Shown in pieces: positions 1 to 12,519 of a stretch of 63,738 nucleotides of DNA. How positions within the stretch are numbered: position 1 is the stretch's first letter; every line of letters begins with the position of its first letter. A model generated the notes under the pieces. The model had not been told where the DNA came from and made no database searches. It saw nothing but the letters and a program-made list of their open reading frames with translations. The translations under genes were made by a program, and so were the position numbers. The stretch is taken from NCBI RefSeq assembly GCF_004010195.1, contig NC_057731.1, positions 17,946,720-18,010,457 of the forward strand, given 5' to 3'. The DNA comes from Chiloscyllium plagiosum (taxonomy: Eukaryota).

Positions 1-362
1 GTGGTGAAGAAAGTGTCCGGCATGTTTGCCTTCATTGGTCAGGACTTTGAATAGAGAAGTTGGCAAGTCACACTGCAGCTATATAAAATTTACTTTAGGC
101 CACATTTGGAATATTGTGTACAGTTCTGATCACCACACTGTTGGAGGATGTGGAGGCTTTGTAAAGGGTGCAAAACCAGGAGGTTGCCTGGGATGGAATG
201 CATTAGCTATCAGAAGAGGTTGGACAAAACTGGATTGTTTACAGTACAGCATCGGAGGCTGAGGGACGACCTGATAGAAATGTATAAAATTATGAGAGGC
301 ATGGCTAAGGTGGATAGTTGAAGATTTTTTTCCCAGGGTGAAAATTTAAAATGCTAGGGGGC
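1..362 (+). mobile_element. CR1 LINE 3' ORF2 fragment (degenerate)
   Basis: Degenerate RPHLEYCVQFW and RLRGDLIE.YKIMRG motifs, similar to other CR1 copies in the window. Confidence 0.75.
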
Positions 363-367
363 AGAGG

Positions 368-478
368 AGCCCCATTTATTTCTCCACCCCCGAGGCTCTC
401 AGCCTCATTCCTGATGAAGGGCTTTTTCCTGCACCTCAGATGCTGTCTGACCTGCTGTGCTTTTCTAGCACCCCACTG
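368..478 (+). mobile_element. Penelope-like short element, family A, with internal deletion
   Basis: cattcctgatgaagggctttt...gatgctgtctgacctgctgtgcttttctagcac matches family A copies at 24136, 58858 and 63003; the gcccgaaacgtcg half of the ribozyme is missing. Confidence 0.7.
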
Positions 479-1330
479 CAGAAAAAAATTAACCTGCTGC
501 TTTTTTTTGGTGAGAGTGTGTGGGGTCCAGTTATTGGGAGGAAACAGGAAGACTGAAGTACTTTTATTCTCAAATCCAGAGGAGAGGATATGGTCAGATC
601 CCAGAAGTGAGGAATCTTTGACTGTGGTCTGGGCGAGGTGTTATCTCAATGGTGGGGTTGGGGGTTCAGTGTTTGGCAAGTGGATAACTTGGTGAACTAT
701 GAGGATGCATCCCTACTCTTTCTGACCCAGAACATCACCCTGCCTCTCAAGCTGTAAGGAACTGAGATTTGGTAACCTCAAACTTATTGAGGTTGAATAC
801 ATAAGACAAGTTAAGTGTGAAACGTCTGAGCTCAATAAACTATTCAAGTGGGAATCTGCTTCCTGTAGCAGGCCTGCCACCTGTCCACAGATAGAAAGTT
901 TGGGATCTAGTTTGAAATTTTAAAAATGTATGTATTGTGTTCAGTCTAATCCACTTGTATATGCTTTTCAGCATTAGCCACGTTATGTAGCTATTAAGAC
1001 CAATACAGCATAAAGATGGATACATGCAAGCAAATCAGGAGGAGTTTAGCAATTAATATTTCGTATCACTGTGGTTAATTTATATGCAAAACAAAACTTT
1101 GGAATTTAGTTTAGAAAGTAGCGTGAACAGGGTTATAAGAGTTATTTATTTTAATTTAGTAAAACCTTATCAGATAAAAGTTGCATTTCTGTTTAAAGCT
1201 TTTTGTCTCCCTATAATGTTTTGATGTAATTGTTTAAAAATCACTGTCAAAGTGAAAGCAATGAATGTGTAGTACAATGATGATGCATGGCAGAGTATAT
1301 ATATCCAGCTAACCATTTATTTAATCGTAG

Positions 1331-1498
<168 letters not shown>

Positions 1499-3215
1499 TA
1501 ACTTCATGGTAAAAAAGTTATGCATAACTGTACTTCTAATTGCCTTTTATTTCTCAGGTATTTCCATGCTGTACATATGTGAAACTAAGAAGCAAAGGTA
1601 AAACTTGTGTCCAAACTGTATAGGACTGAATTCATATCATGATTTTCATTGGTTTTACTCACCGGTTGTGCTAGGCTTCCATGATCCTGCTCAAAATTAC
1701 CATCACCTGACTTCAATTTCCCTCCCCAAATTGGCAGGACCACTCCTGAACAATCCCCCATTCTTGCCCAGTAGATATACAGATTGGCTGAGCCTCAGTT
1801 CCAGGACTGTTTCTGTGCCAATGACTGTGGTTACTGTAGCTCTCCATGAATTCCTAGGTGCAAATGGCTCTGGGCTGGGCTGCTGGCTGGATAGCTCCAT
1901 GATTCTTCTGAAGAGAAGTGAGGGCCTTGTCCAGGCTTCCAGTAATTCTGTTTCTGTCCCAAACCTTTACCTGAGTTAAATCTTAGGATCAGCAGAGGCC
2001 TTCAAATAAATTTTCCATTTTGTCCGTCGGGCCCTTTTTTGGAAGTGATTCTGTATTGGAGGCACTGCAGTGTGTCATGACTTTTCTGGTTGACTTCTGT
2101 GTGGTGTTTCAAGTCATGTTTTTATAATGACCTCAACCTGGGAAATTGACTCGGGGGCTGCGGTGGGGTAGGAGATGTAAACAGAAGACTTACCTCACCA
2201 GAATATTGGGGAATCTTCTCTTTGTCTCTAAATTAACATGGTGGTTACATCTTCTCATTGTGGAATTTCTGTTTCAACCTGTAACATTTTGACGTAACTT
2301 GCAGCATAGCAATACATTAAATTATACTGATATTGCTAATTATGTTGAAATAGAGTAATTGTACAATTAAATCATCAAGGTGGTTAATTTGTTTGACTTT
2401 GATTGCTAGCTAAGACAATCTCATCAGGTTTCATCAATGAGCAAAAAGATTATTCACTATGAATGATCTTATTCTCTGATAAGTGGCAAAATGGTTATTA
2501 ACCACTGCTACACCAACTTAAACTGTATCTCATTTAAAAGCAAATGCCCATGCATTCGAGCACAATTAGGAAGAGGCAAGATTTACAGCTCTGTGGCAAT
2601 GATATGGGCGGCAAAAACAAACATAGACAAAATGGAAAAGTCCCGTGGATCAAGATTCCAAATCACAAGAGTGGAATAGGGGACGTTCTCCACAGTACTT
2701 GGTAGCTTTCTGCTGACTATGATCATGTTATTGCCCAGTAACCAATCAGTTAGACTCCAGGTCCTTACTGAGTTACCACTTCATCTTTCAGAATCTTTTC
2801 GAATGTTGTCCTTTACTCAGAGAGAGAGGTTGTTTCCTAGTTAACTTCTCCATCACTGTGAGGACTTTTTCCCCTGCCCCACGGCAGAGATGCGTCTTTG
2901 GTGTAGGTTTCTTTAGAGGCTCTCCTTTGACAACTAGTAGGTTTTTCTTTTTCAGGCTAAAGAGAGCTGTCTTTTGCTGCAGACTTCTTGGCAGTCTGTT
3001 TTCAAATGCCTCACTCACAGGTCTGTAGCAAACTGGAAGCAAAACCCAAAGCTGTTGCCAGGCAACTTTCAGCCCAAGGCTCTTTCCACAGGCTGAACCA
3101 ACAAAAGTGTCAAATCCACCTTACTTCTCATCACACTGCTTCAAGCAGTATGTACAATGAATAAACCTACTGCTGCTTCTTGTTGTGTAAGGAGAGCTGG
3201 AGAAAGACAGGGTAA

Positions 3216-3556
3216 GGGGCGGTATGGTGGCTCAGTGGTTAGCACAGCTGCTTCACACCACCAGGGATGCGAGTTCAATTCTAGCCTCGGGCGACTGTCT
3301 GTGTGGAATTTGCACATTCTCCCTGTGTCTGCGTGGGTTTCCTCCCACAGTCCAAAGGTGTGCATGTTAGGTGAATTGGCTAAGCTAAATTGCCCATAGT
3401 GTTGTCAGGGATGTGTGGGTTAAGTTCATTAGTCAGGGGTAAATGTAGAGTAGTAGGGTAATGGAATGTATCTGTGTGGGTTACTCTGCATAGAATTGGT
3501 GTGGACTTGTTGTGCCAAATGGCCTGTTTCCACATTGTAGGGTCTCTATGATTCTA
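3216..3556 (+). mobile_element. HE1-like tRNA-derived SINE
   Basis: A box (tggctcagtgg), B box (gagttcaattc), body gtgtggaatttgcacattctccctgtgtctgcgtgggtttcc and a CR1-like tail ending ctatgattcta. Confidence 0.85.
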
Positions 3557-3929
3557 GACCCCAAGTCCTGGTAACTCACCAGAGAAGGGGAGCTGACTGG
3601 GGCTGAGCTATGGAGCTCCCACAAGCTCACAATGATCCCCTATTTGTCTCTGGCAACATGCACTCTGAGGTTATTACAAAGTCCCAGGACACCAGTTTTG
3701 TTTGTACTATGCTTTTATTGAACAGGTTGTAAGATGACTCCTTACATTGAGTGCCTCCCGGCAGAGGTCATATGACTAGGAACCACATTAATGTGATCTC
3801 CACCCTTAAAAACCCTTCAAAAGAAATCAAATTTGCTTGCACTACCATTTACACTATGAGTTACCCAAATTATGCACTATGCAAACTGTTCACATGTATT
3901 TTCAAAATTGTTTGTTATTCTAGTTAGCC

Positions 3930-5440
3930 CCTCTTTTATCAGTCAAAAGGCTTTATTTTTTCTCCCGCTTCTGCTATTTGGAATAATTTGTTGTGGTTTT
4001 GCTTCAAAATCATCTGAGCTGAACCTGCAGATTTTCTCTGTTGTCTTTGACCCCTTTCCTTTAGTTATATTAGTTGTGTCCAGAAAGGCAATCCTTTTGA
4101 TTTTCTTGACTACAGCATCAAGGTTGCTTTGTTTCTCTGTCACATCGTTTATTTAACTATTCATCGGATAAATTGACCTGGTAGCAATAAATCTCGACTG
4201 GCATATTTGGGATTACTGGTCCAATTTTTTGACTAGCTTCTGCTGAAATGATTGGCTCTAGTTTTGTCTGGAATTCCAGATCATCAGTCTTGTAATTGTG
4301 TTGGGCTCGGAGACTAATTTGTCCTCTTGTGGTAAACTTCATTCCTTCACAGGGCCTCAGCTTCACCTTGCAGAGTTTCATTCTGGCTTGACATCTGGTG
4401 TAATTTTACACAGGTCTGTGAAGCTCATAATGTGTGGGACGCAACTTTGTCTCTCTGGCAATTCATTTCTTTTGTTCTACTATCCTCCAATGCAATTGTT
4501 ACAAACCAATTTTCTGACATCAAATTTGAAGTTGCTAACCTGCTTTAAGGTATATATTGAATTGTCCAAAATTGTTGTCTGACATTTCTATAATATCAAT
4601 ACTTGATTTGTCAGAATCTCTGGAGTAATCATCTTGATAGGCTTTACAGCTTTTGTTTACCTTCTTTGCAGTTCTGTGCAAAGTGATTTAGCTTCTTGCA
4701 GTTAAAATGCTGTTTTTCCTCATGTTGGACATTTGCTTTTGTTGAATGACCCTCACAAATAGCCACAACATATCTGTTAACCTTGATCTTTTATGCTGAC
4801 CTTTTCACAGATAATTCTTGTTGCTTTCCATATTTTTGTACTTGAAAGGTTTAGATTGCTTTTCAAGATTGTGAATAGATCTGCACTGCTTATCAATGTA
4901 GGGCACAGAATTGGACTGTTTTTACACATAATGGACAAGCTCATCTATTTTCATATATGTGTGTTAGCTGTTGATCACAAGCTCAGAGCTTTTGCATATG
5001 CTTATGTGTTCTTTGACAGCCCTACTCTCTTCTCTTAACAGCCATGCTGTTATTGCAGGATCACTTGGTCTAAAATAATTCTACCTTTAATACAATCACC
5101 TTTCAGGTGCCTGAATTCACAGGATTCTGTGAGCTATGTTAATGCAGTCACCTATCTATCAATCTGCTCTTTTTCGCCTTGCACTGTAAATTTGAACACA
5201 CATTTTTGTGCTATATTCAATTCAGTTTCAAAACTTGCCTTCAAGGCTTTTGAAATTTCTGCGCCGAGCTCTTGTGGTTCTTTCTTAACCTCGTGCTGCA
5301 TGGTTTTGCAACCTCTGGCTGTTCTGATCTCCAGTCTGTCCGTCAATACAGATGATCAGTTTTTTCAGGCTAACGAAATAACGCTGCCCACCACAATGAG
5401 AGTTTGCAAAATTCTAATGCAGTGTAAGCATATGTGTCAC
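3930..5440 (-). mobile_element. Degenerate Ty3/Gypsy LTR retrotransposon gag-protease relic
   Basis: Reading the minus strand through stops gives FKFTVQGEKEQIDR*VTALT*LTESCEF..LK.DCIKGRII (Gypsy gag core), then NCKKLNHFAQNCK (zinc knuckle, ~4660-4700) and a degenerate protease segment. Confidence 0.75.
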
Positions 5441-6045
5441 TCGTGGAAATAATAGGCAACAAAATGTAACCTTGTAATCAGAGTTTAGTGACTGCCATTT
5501 GGGTTGCTTCTACTGCGACTAATAAGGTACTCTAATCTATAGAAAACTACACTGAAATACTGCTGCTTTTTGACAAATCTATTCAATAATCAGAACTCTT
5601 TTTTTCATTCGCCACTTTGACATCGTAGGAACTGCACATACAGACATGGGAAGTGTGCCCTCTGCAGTTGCCATGTCACCAAACACAGCCAGGAAACTAT
5701 GGGTTGTACTAATTTGTATGGAATTGGAACTAGGATTTTGGAATTTAGTGAAATTCTTGGAATTAGTCCATCATATATTACATCTATTATTGACACAAGT
5801 GCAATCTCTTCCAAGGCTGACTGGCAATAATGAATTTTAACACATCTGGACATGAATTTCCAGATTTGTGCATTCAGCTTGGAATTTTTAGGATTCTTGT
5901 CTGAATGATAAACCAATATCGTCAAATTTATTCCTCAACTCTGTTTCCATAAGACCATAAGACCATAAGACATAGGAGTGGAAGTAAGGCCATTCGGCCC
6001 ATCGAGTCCACTCCGCCATTCAATCATGGCTGATGCGCATTTCAG

Positions 6046-6163
6046 CTCCACTTACCAGCGTTCACCCCGTAGCCCTTAATTCCTCTAGACAACAAGAATC
6101 TATCCTCCACTTACCAGCGTTCACCCCGTAGCCCTTAATTCCTCTAGACAACAAGAATCTATC
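6046..6163. repeat. 59-bp identical tandem duplication at the CR1 ORF2 C-terminus
   Basis: ctccacttaccagcgttcacc...caagaatctatc occurs at 6046-6104 and 6105-6163. Confidence 0.95.
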
Positions 6164-6607
6164 ATTCTTGGCCTTGAAGACATTTAGTGTCCCGGCTTCC
6201 ACTGCACTCCGTGGCAATGAATTCCACAGGCCCACCACTCTCTGGCTGAAGAAATGTCTCCGCATTTCTGTTCTGAAATGACCCCCTCTAATTCTAAGGC
6301 TGTGTCCACGGGTCCTAGTCTCCTCGTCTAACGGAAACAATTTCCTAGCATCCACCTTTTCCAAGCCATGTATTATTTTGTACGTCTCTATTAAGTCTCC
6401 CCTTAATCTTCTAAACTCCAACGAATACAATCCCAGTATCCTCAGCCGTTCCTCATATGTTAGACCTGTCATTCCAGGGATCATCCGTGTGAATCTCCGC
6501 TGGACACGTTCCAGTGCCAGTATGTCCTTCCTGAGGTGTGGGGACCAAAACTGGACACAGTACTCCAAATGGGGCCTAACCAGAGCTTTATAAAGTCTTA
6601 GTAGTAC

Positions 6608-6913
6608 ATCTCTGCTTTTATATTCCAACCCTCTTGAGATAAGAGACAACATTGCATTCGCTTTCTTAATCACAGACTCAACCTGCATGTTTACCTTTAG
6701 AGAATCCTCGACTAGCACTCCCAGATCCCTCTGTACTTTGGCTTTATGAATTTTCTCACCATCTCTGTTTTTATATTCCAACCCTCTTGAGATAAGAGAC
6801 AACATTGCATTCGCTTTCTTAATCACGGGCTCAACCTGCATGTTTACCTTTAGAGAATCCTGGACTAGCACTCCCAGATCCCTTTGTGCTTTGGCTTTAT
6901 TAATTTTCTCACC
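6608..6913. repeat. 153-bp in-frame tandem duplication inside CR1 ORF2
   Basis: 6608-6760 and 6761-6913 are direct copies with 7 differences. Confidence 0.95.
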
Positions 6914-9249
6914 ATTTAGAAAGTAGTCTATGTTTTTATTCTTTTTGCCAAAGTGCAAGACCTCGCACTTGCTCATGTTAAATTCCATCAGCCATTTCCT
7001 GGACCACTCTCCCCACCTGTCTAGATCCTTCTGTAGCCTCCCCACTTCCTCAGTACTACCTGCCTGTGCACCTAACTTCGTATCATCGGCAAACTTTGCT
7101 AGAATTCCCCCGGTTCCCTCATCCAAATCATTAATATATATTGCGAACAGCTGTGGCCCCAGCACCGAACCCTGCGGGGCACCGCTCGTCACCGGCTGCC
7201 ATTCTGATAAAGGACCTTTTATCCCACCTCTCTGCCTTCTGTTAGACAGCCAATCCTCAGTCCATCCCAGCAGCTCACCTCGAACACCATGGGCCCTCAC
7301 CTTGCTCAGCAGCCTCCCGTGTGGCACCTTATCAAAGGCCTTTTGAAAGTCTAGATAGACCCCATCCACTGGGTTTCCCTGGTCTAACCTACTTGTTACC
7401 TCTTCAAAAAATTCCAACAGGTTTGTCAGGCATGACCTCCCTTTACTAAATCCATGTTGACTTGTTCTAATCAGACTCTGCTCTTCCAAGAATTTAGAAA
7501 CCTCATCCTTAATGATAGATTCTAGTATTTTACAAGCAACCGAGGTTAAGCTGATTGGCCTATAATTTTCCATCTTTTGCCTTGATCCTTTCTTGAACAA
7601 GGGGGTTACAACAGCCATCTTCCAATTATCCGGGACCTTTCCTGACTCCAGTGACTCTTGAAAGATCTCAACCAATGCCTCTGCTATTTCCTCAGCCACC
7701 TCTCTCAGAAGTCTAGGGTGTATCCCATCGGGGCCAGGAGATTTATCAATTTTAAGACTTTTTAACTTTTCTAGCACTATCTCTTTCGTAATGGCAACCA
7801 TATTCAACTCAGCCCCGTGACACCCTTTAATTTTTGGGATATTACTCATGTCTTCCACTGTGAAAACTTATGCAAAGTACTTGTTAAGTTCTCCTGCTAT
7901 TTCCTTATCTCCCATCACTCGGCTTCCTGCATCAGTTTGAAGTGGCCCAATGTCTACTTTTGCCTGTCGTTTGTTTCTTATGTACTGAAAGAAACTTTTA
8001 CTATTATTTCTAATATTACTGGCTAGCCTACCTTCATATTTGATCCTCTCCTTTCTTATTACACTCTTTGTTATCCTCTGTTTGCTTTTGTATCCTTCCC
8101 AATCTTCTGATTTCCCACTGTTCTTTGCCACTTTATAGGATCTCTCTTTTTCTTTAATACATTTCCTGACTTCCTTTGTCAGCCAAGGTTGTCTAATCCC
8201 TTCCCGGTTAATCTTTCTTTTCTTGGGAATGAATCTCTGTACAGTGTCCTCAATTATACCTATAAACTCCTGCCATTTTTGCTCTACTGTCTTCCCGGTT
8301 AGCCTCTGCTTCCAGTCTATTTTAGTCAGTTCCTCTCTCATGCTCTCATAATTACCTTTATTCAACTGTAACACCATTACATCCGATTTTGCCTTCTCCC
8401 TTTCAAACTGCAGACTGAACTCTATCATATTATGGTCGCTACTTCCTAAGGGTTCCCTTACTTTTAAGATCTTTTATAGAGTCTGGTTCATTGCAAAGCA
8501 CTAGGTCCAGAATAGCCTGCTCTCTTGTGGGCTCCATGACAAGCTGTTCCAAAAAGCCATCCTGTAAGCATTCCATGAATTCCCTTTCTTTAGATCCACT
8601 AGCAACATTATTTACCCAGTCCACCTACATATTGAAGTCTCCCATGATCAATGTAACCTTGCCTTTCTGATATGCCTTCTCTATTTCCCGGTACATGTTG
8701 CGTCCCTGGTCCTGACCACTGTTAGGAGGTCTATACGCAACTCCAATTATGTTTTATTTGCCTTTGTGGTTCCTCAATTCCACCCACACAGACTCCACAT
8801 CATCCGACGCTATGTCATTCAATACCATAGATTTAATTTTGTTCTTAACTAACAAGGCAACCCCACCCCCTCTGCCCACCTCTCTGTCTTTTCGATAAGT
8901 TGAAAAACCATGGAGGTTTAACTGCCAGTCCTGACCCCCCTGTAACCAAGTCTCTGTGATGCCTACTACATCATAATCATTCACTATTATCTGTGCCATT
9001 AGTTCATCGGCTTTGTTATGAATGCTACGAGCATTCAGGTAAAGTGCCTTAATGCTAACTTCCTTATCATTATTTGTTTGTTTCCCTATGCATTCTAGTC
9101 TGCTTGAGGATGTCTTCTCCTATGATGATGTAAAATAAAACTACACAGAGTCTAAAACTTAAGGGTTGATGTTTTTGACTTTAACTATGGCTTAACTTTC
9201 CAGTTGCAGCCACACACTAAAGTGCTTAACAAAACTTTTCCCTCTTTAG

Positions 9250-9382
9250 GTTTTTTGTACTACGAAGACATCAATAATGCTGTAACAAGATCAGAGGCAG
9301 AAGCTGTAGCTCAAATTATAGAAACCACCATCCATAACTACAGACCTGATGTCAATGTGACTTTAACTGGAGGGTTTAGAAG
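9250..9382 (+). CDS. DNTT: DNTT internal coding exon, equivalent to mammalian exon 7
   Basis: Pyrimidine tract + AG at 9248-9249 and AG|GTAAGT donor at 9383. The 133 bp are phase-compatible with the previous exon and translate as GFLYYEDINNAVTRSEAEAVAQIIETTIHNYRPDVNVTLTGGFRR. GFLYYED is TdT-diagnostic versus Pol mu; TGGFRR is the Pol X motif. Confidence 0.95.
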
Positions 9383-10784
9383 GTAAGTAATATGGAGACA
9401 TGTTAACAAGTCCTAATCATATTATTTTTCTGTGTGATTCTGTTATGAACTTTATTTCTTTGCAACTGCAAAGTTACCTGAGCAATTTGATAGACTGATG
9501 TTGCATACATTAGTTTGTGAATCATAACTTTGATTGCTCAGATTTTACTGGATAGCGACTTGCTATCAGTTCATATTGTTTTGAAATGATATTTGATTGC
9601 CAGTTTAAGGACTGGGTATCTTGTTTTCAGCTAATCACTGATTTTCAATGTTCGGTTGTATGTTGCTTATAAGTGGGGTTGCTTTTCAAAGGCAAGCAAT
9701 AGCTGAACACTAGACAGAGTATTAATTATGTAGCAATGCTGGATTTTATATATTGTAAATATTTGTTTCAAATATTACCATCCATGCAAAACACAACTAA
9801 ATTATTTCCACTAATGCATTAGAAATCAATTGCTCTTGTAAAATTTACTGTATAGAACAAGATCACATTTCACATTGTGTAGGAGGAAAATGTATTCACA
9901 CTTTTAGATAATGTCCTGACACCAATTAAAATGTATCCATATTCAAGTTTTTTAAAACTTTATGAAATAAATAATTCTGTTTATCTGTGTAATTTTGAGC
10001 CTATTTCATGGGATTGCACTAATATTTTGATACTTTTGTGGGCTTAGCTTTTTTTTTGATGAACAAAATTTGCCATGGTTGTTGATCTAAGAAATCGGAT
10101 ATGCTGAATTCTTCAATGTGAATAATGCAACACTTAAGAGTCTGAGAAACTCAGTATTGAATCTTATGTTGCTAGTTTATATCTTTGTAAATTATTGAAA
10201 AGATGTATGCGAACCAACACAGTTTTGATTCAGCATTGAGCAGTATCATTATGTAAACTGACCAAGGCATTATTATTTAATGCATGTTATTGAATTTTTC
10301 ACTATTAATTATAGGTAATACAATGCTATAACTCTTAAGCAATGTAGTGAGAGAACCAACAATTGAAGCTGTTGCAGTGTTAAGCAAACATTCTAGGTAC
10401 CCTGCCAGGAATGGTGCCTTGCCAAAGGGAATTATTAACTGACAGCATTGAGTTAAATAACTTATTTCCGCCATTTGCTTGTGAGAACACTGAAGACCTA
10501 TGCCATTTATGTATGCTCAAGAGCAGTCAGAAAACTCACTTTCCCACTGCTGCCATTTTTAATGTATTGAAACTATTATGACAAGCTGAATAGAAGTTCC
10601 AACTTTATGTTTACTTTCATGACTTACAAACCTCATCCTCTTCTCTCCCCAAGGGCAGTATTCCCACCCCTAGGCTTATTCTAGAAAAGAAAATCATTCC
10701 TTTGGGAGAAGATGAGGCAAATAAAGACTGATGACTTATTTTAGCTCACAAACTTTGTACATAACCTCAGTTATTTTGTTACAT

Positions 10785-11330
10785 TGGGTGGAATCTTACC
10801 TTTTGTGGTATAGTTTGACCATTGGCGAGAGAAGTGAAAAAATCAGGAAAGAGTGAAAAAAATTAGATGTTAATGTTGAGGTTTAGCAGCTCCTCAACAC
10901 TTTAATGTAACTTTAGCATCATGCCCTTGAATGGTGTCTCACTTATTTCCATGCGGTTGCATCTCATTAAATCCCTAATGCACTTTATTGATATCCACAG
11001 AGTGGAGAAGATCATCGACATTTTTCCAAGACTGTTAGGCATTTCCCTACATTGTTGAGTCTCCGTTGACCTGGGTGGTAGCAAACTGGCAGGGTTCGAT
11101 GTCTTGGCATCCTCTGCTGGTGGGGGCGATTCCAACTGTGCTGGGCATCTTCGACTGCCAGTCCTTGATTAGGGGCAGAACAGCCTTTTAAACATAGCGT
11201 CGGCACCAGGAATCCTGGGATATCCTGGTAGTGGTGAGTACTATTCATATGCAGCCCACTTGCAGTGGTAAACATAGCAATTGGGAAAAAAACGAATCAC
11301 AAAAGGACCCACATCAGTCTCCTTGATTCA
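10785..11330 (-). mobile_element. Probable PIF/Harbinger-derived relic (Myb/SANT-like coding remnant)
   Basis: The minus strand (cagcagagga...ctgccag...gctaccacccaggtca...atgatcttctc) is homologous to 49250-49370; TIR-like end gggtggaatctt at ~10786. Confidence 0.5.
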
Positions 11331-11334
11331 GTCG

Positions 11335-11682
11335 TAGAATCATAAAACCCCTACAGTGACGAAAGAGACTATTCGGGCCATCAGGTTTGCACCAACCTTC
11401 CGACAAGCATCCCATTCAAATCCAGCCCGCCACCCTATACAGTAACCCTGCATTTCTCATGGCTGATCCATCTAGTCTACACATCCCTAGACACTATGCA
11501 ATTTAGCATGACCAATCCACCTAACATTTTTGGACTGCAGTAGGCAACTGGAGCACCTGGAGGAAACCCACAAAGATATAGAAAAACGTGCAAACTTCAC
11601 ACAGTCACCCAAGGCTGGAATTGAACCCTGGGCCCCTGGTGTTGTGAGGCAGTAATGCTAACCACTGAGCCATCATGCTGCC
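11335..11682 (-). mobile_element. HE1-like SINE
   Basis: Reverse complement of the tRNA head (gctaaccactgagccatcatgctgcc; ggaattgaaccc), body and tail. Confidence 0.8.
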
Positions 11683-12019
11683 AAAGAGTGAAAGGGGCCT
11701 GATGTGTGGTTGTCAGAGGCTGACAATGGATTTAGCTTATTAATGAATCAATTAACATCCATTGGCTCCTACCCAATAATTCAGTAGTACCTGAGGAATG
11801 AATAGTGTCCTCATGGCCTGTTGAATTTACTGTCCTATTTCTAGAGGTGTCCATTATGATCAGGCAATCTGCTGAAAATCACATCTGTATACCCTTGCTT
11901 GCAAATCCCCCATCCCACCCACAAGCCCCACTCTGCATTCCATCTTCACTCACCTTCTGAAGGGCCCTTCTATTTTGCCTTCTCCATAGAACTGAGGGGC
12001 TTCCTCACTGTGCATTGAA

Positions 12020-12519
12020 NNNNNNNNNNNNNNNNNNNNNNNNNNNNNNNNNNNNNNNNNNNNNNNNNNNNNNNNNNNNNNNNNNNNNNNNNNNNNNNNN
12101 NNNNNNNNNNNNNNNNNNNNNNNNNNNNNNNNNNNNNNNNNNNNNNNNNNNNNNNNNNNNNNNNNNNNNNNNNNNNNNNNNNNNNNNNNNNNNNNNNNNN
12201 NNNNNNNNNNNNNNNNNNNNNNNNNNNNNNNNNNNNNNNNNNNNNNNNNNNNNNNNNNNNNNNNNNNNNNNNNNNNNNNNNNNNNNNNNNNNNNNNNNNN
12301 NNNNNNNNNNNNNNNNNNNNNNNNNNNNNNNNNNNNNNNNNNNNNNNNNNNNNNNNNNNNNNNNNNNNNNNNNNNNNNNNNNNNNNNNNNNNNNNNNNNN
12401 NNNNNNNNNNNNNNNNNNNNNNNNNNNNNNNNNNNNNNNNNNNNNNNNNNNNNNNNNNNNNNNNNNNNNNNNNNNNNNNNNNNNNNNNNNNNNNNNNNNN
12501 NNNNNNNNNNNNNNNNNNN
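12020..12519. other. Assembly gap, exactly 500 N
   Basis: N run; the round length suggests a placeholder gap of unknown size. Confidence 0.98.

Larger units (their letters stand above)
5947..9072 (-). mobile_element. Young 5'-truncated CR1 LINE with near-complete ORF2 (APE endonuclease + RT), antisense in the DNTT intron
   Basis: ORF pieces 8754-8999, 8439-8624, 7868-8428 and 6062-7858 contain GITETW, GDFN, PGPDG, NYRPISLTS, DFQKAFDKV, GAPQGSVLGP and FADDTK. They are broken by two in-frame stops (~8755, ~7869) and one frameshift (~8462). The 3' tail is (TCTTATGG)n at 5947-5970. Confidence 0.95.

Noticed and set aside
1605-3042. ORFs 1605-1979, 1703-1900 and 2788-3042 as a nested gene or retrocopy
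   Set aside because: No recognisable domain or splice structure; probably decayed repeat sequence
9204-9249. N-terminal part of ORF 9204-9386 (MQPHTKVLNKTFPSL)
   Set aside because: Intronic pyrimidine tract; TdT homology and phase start at 9250
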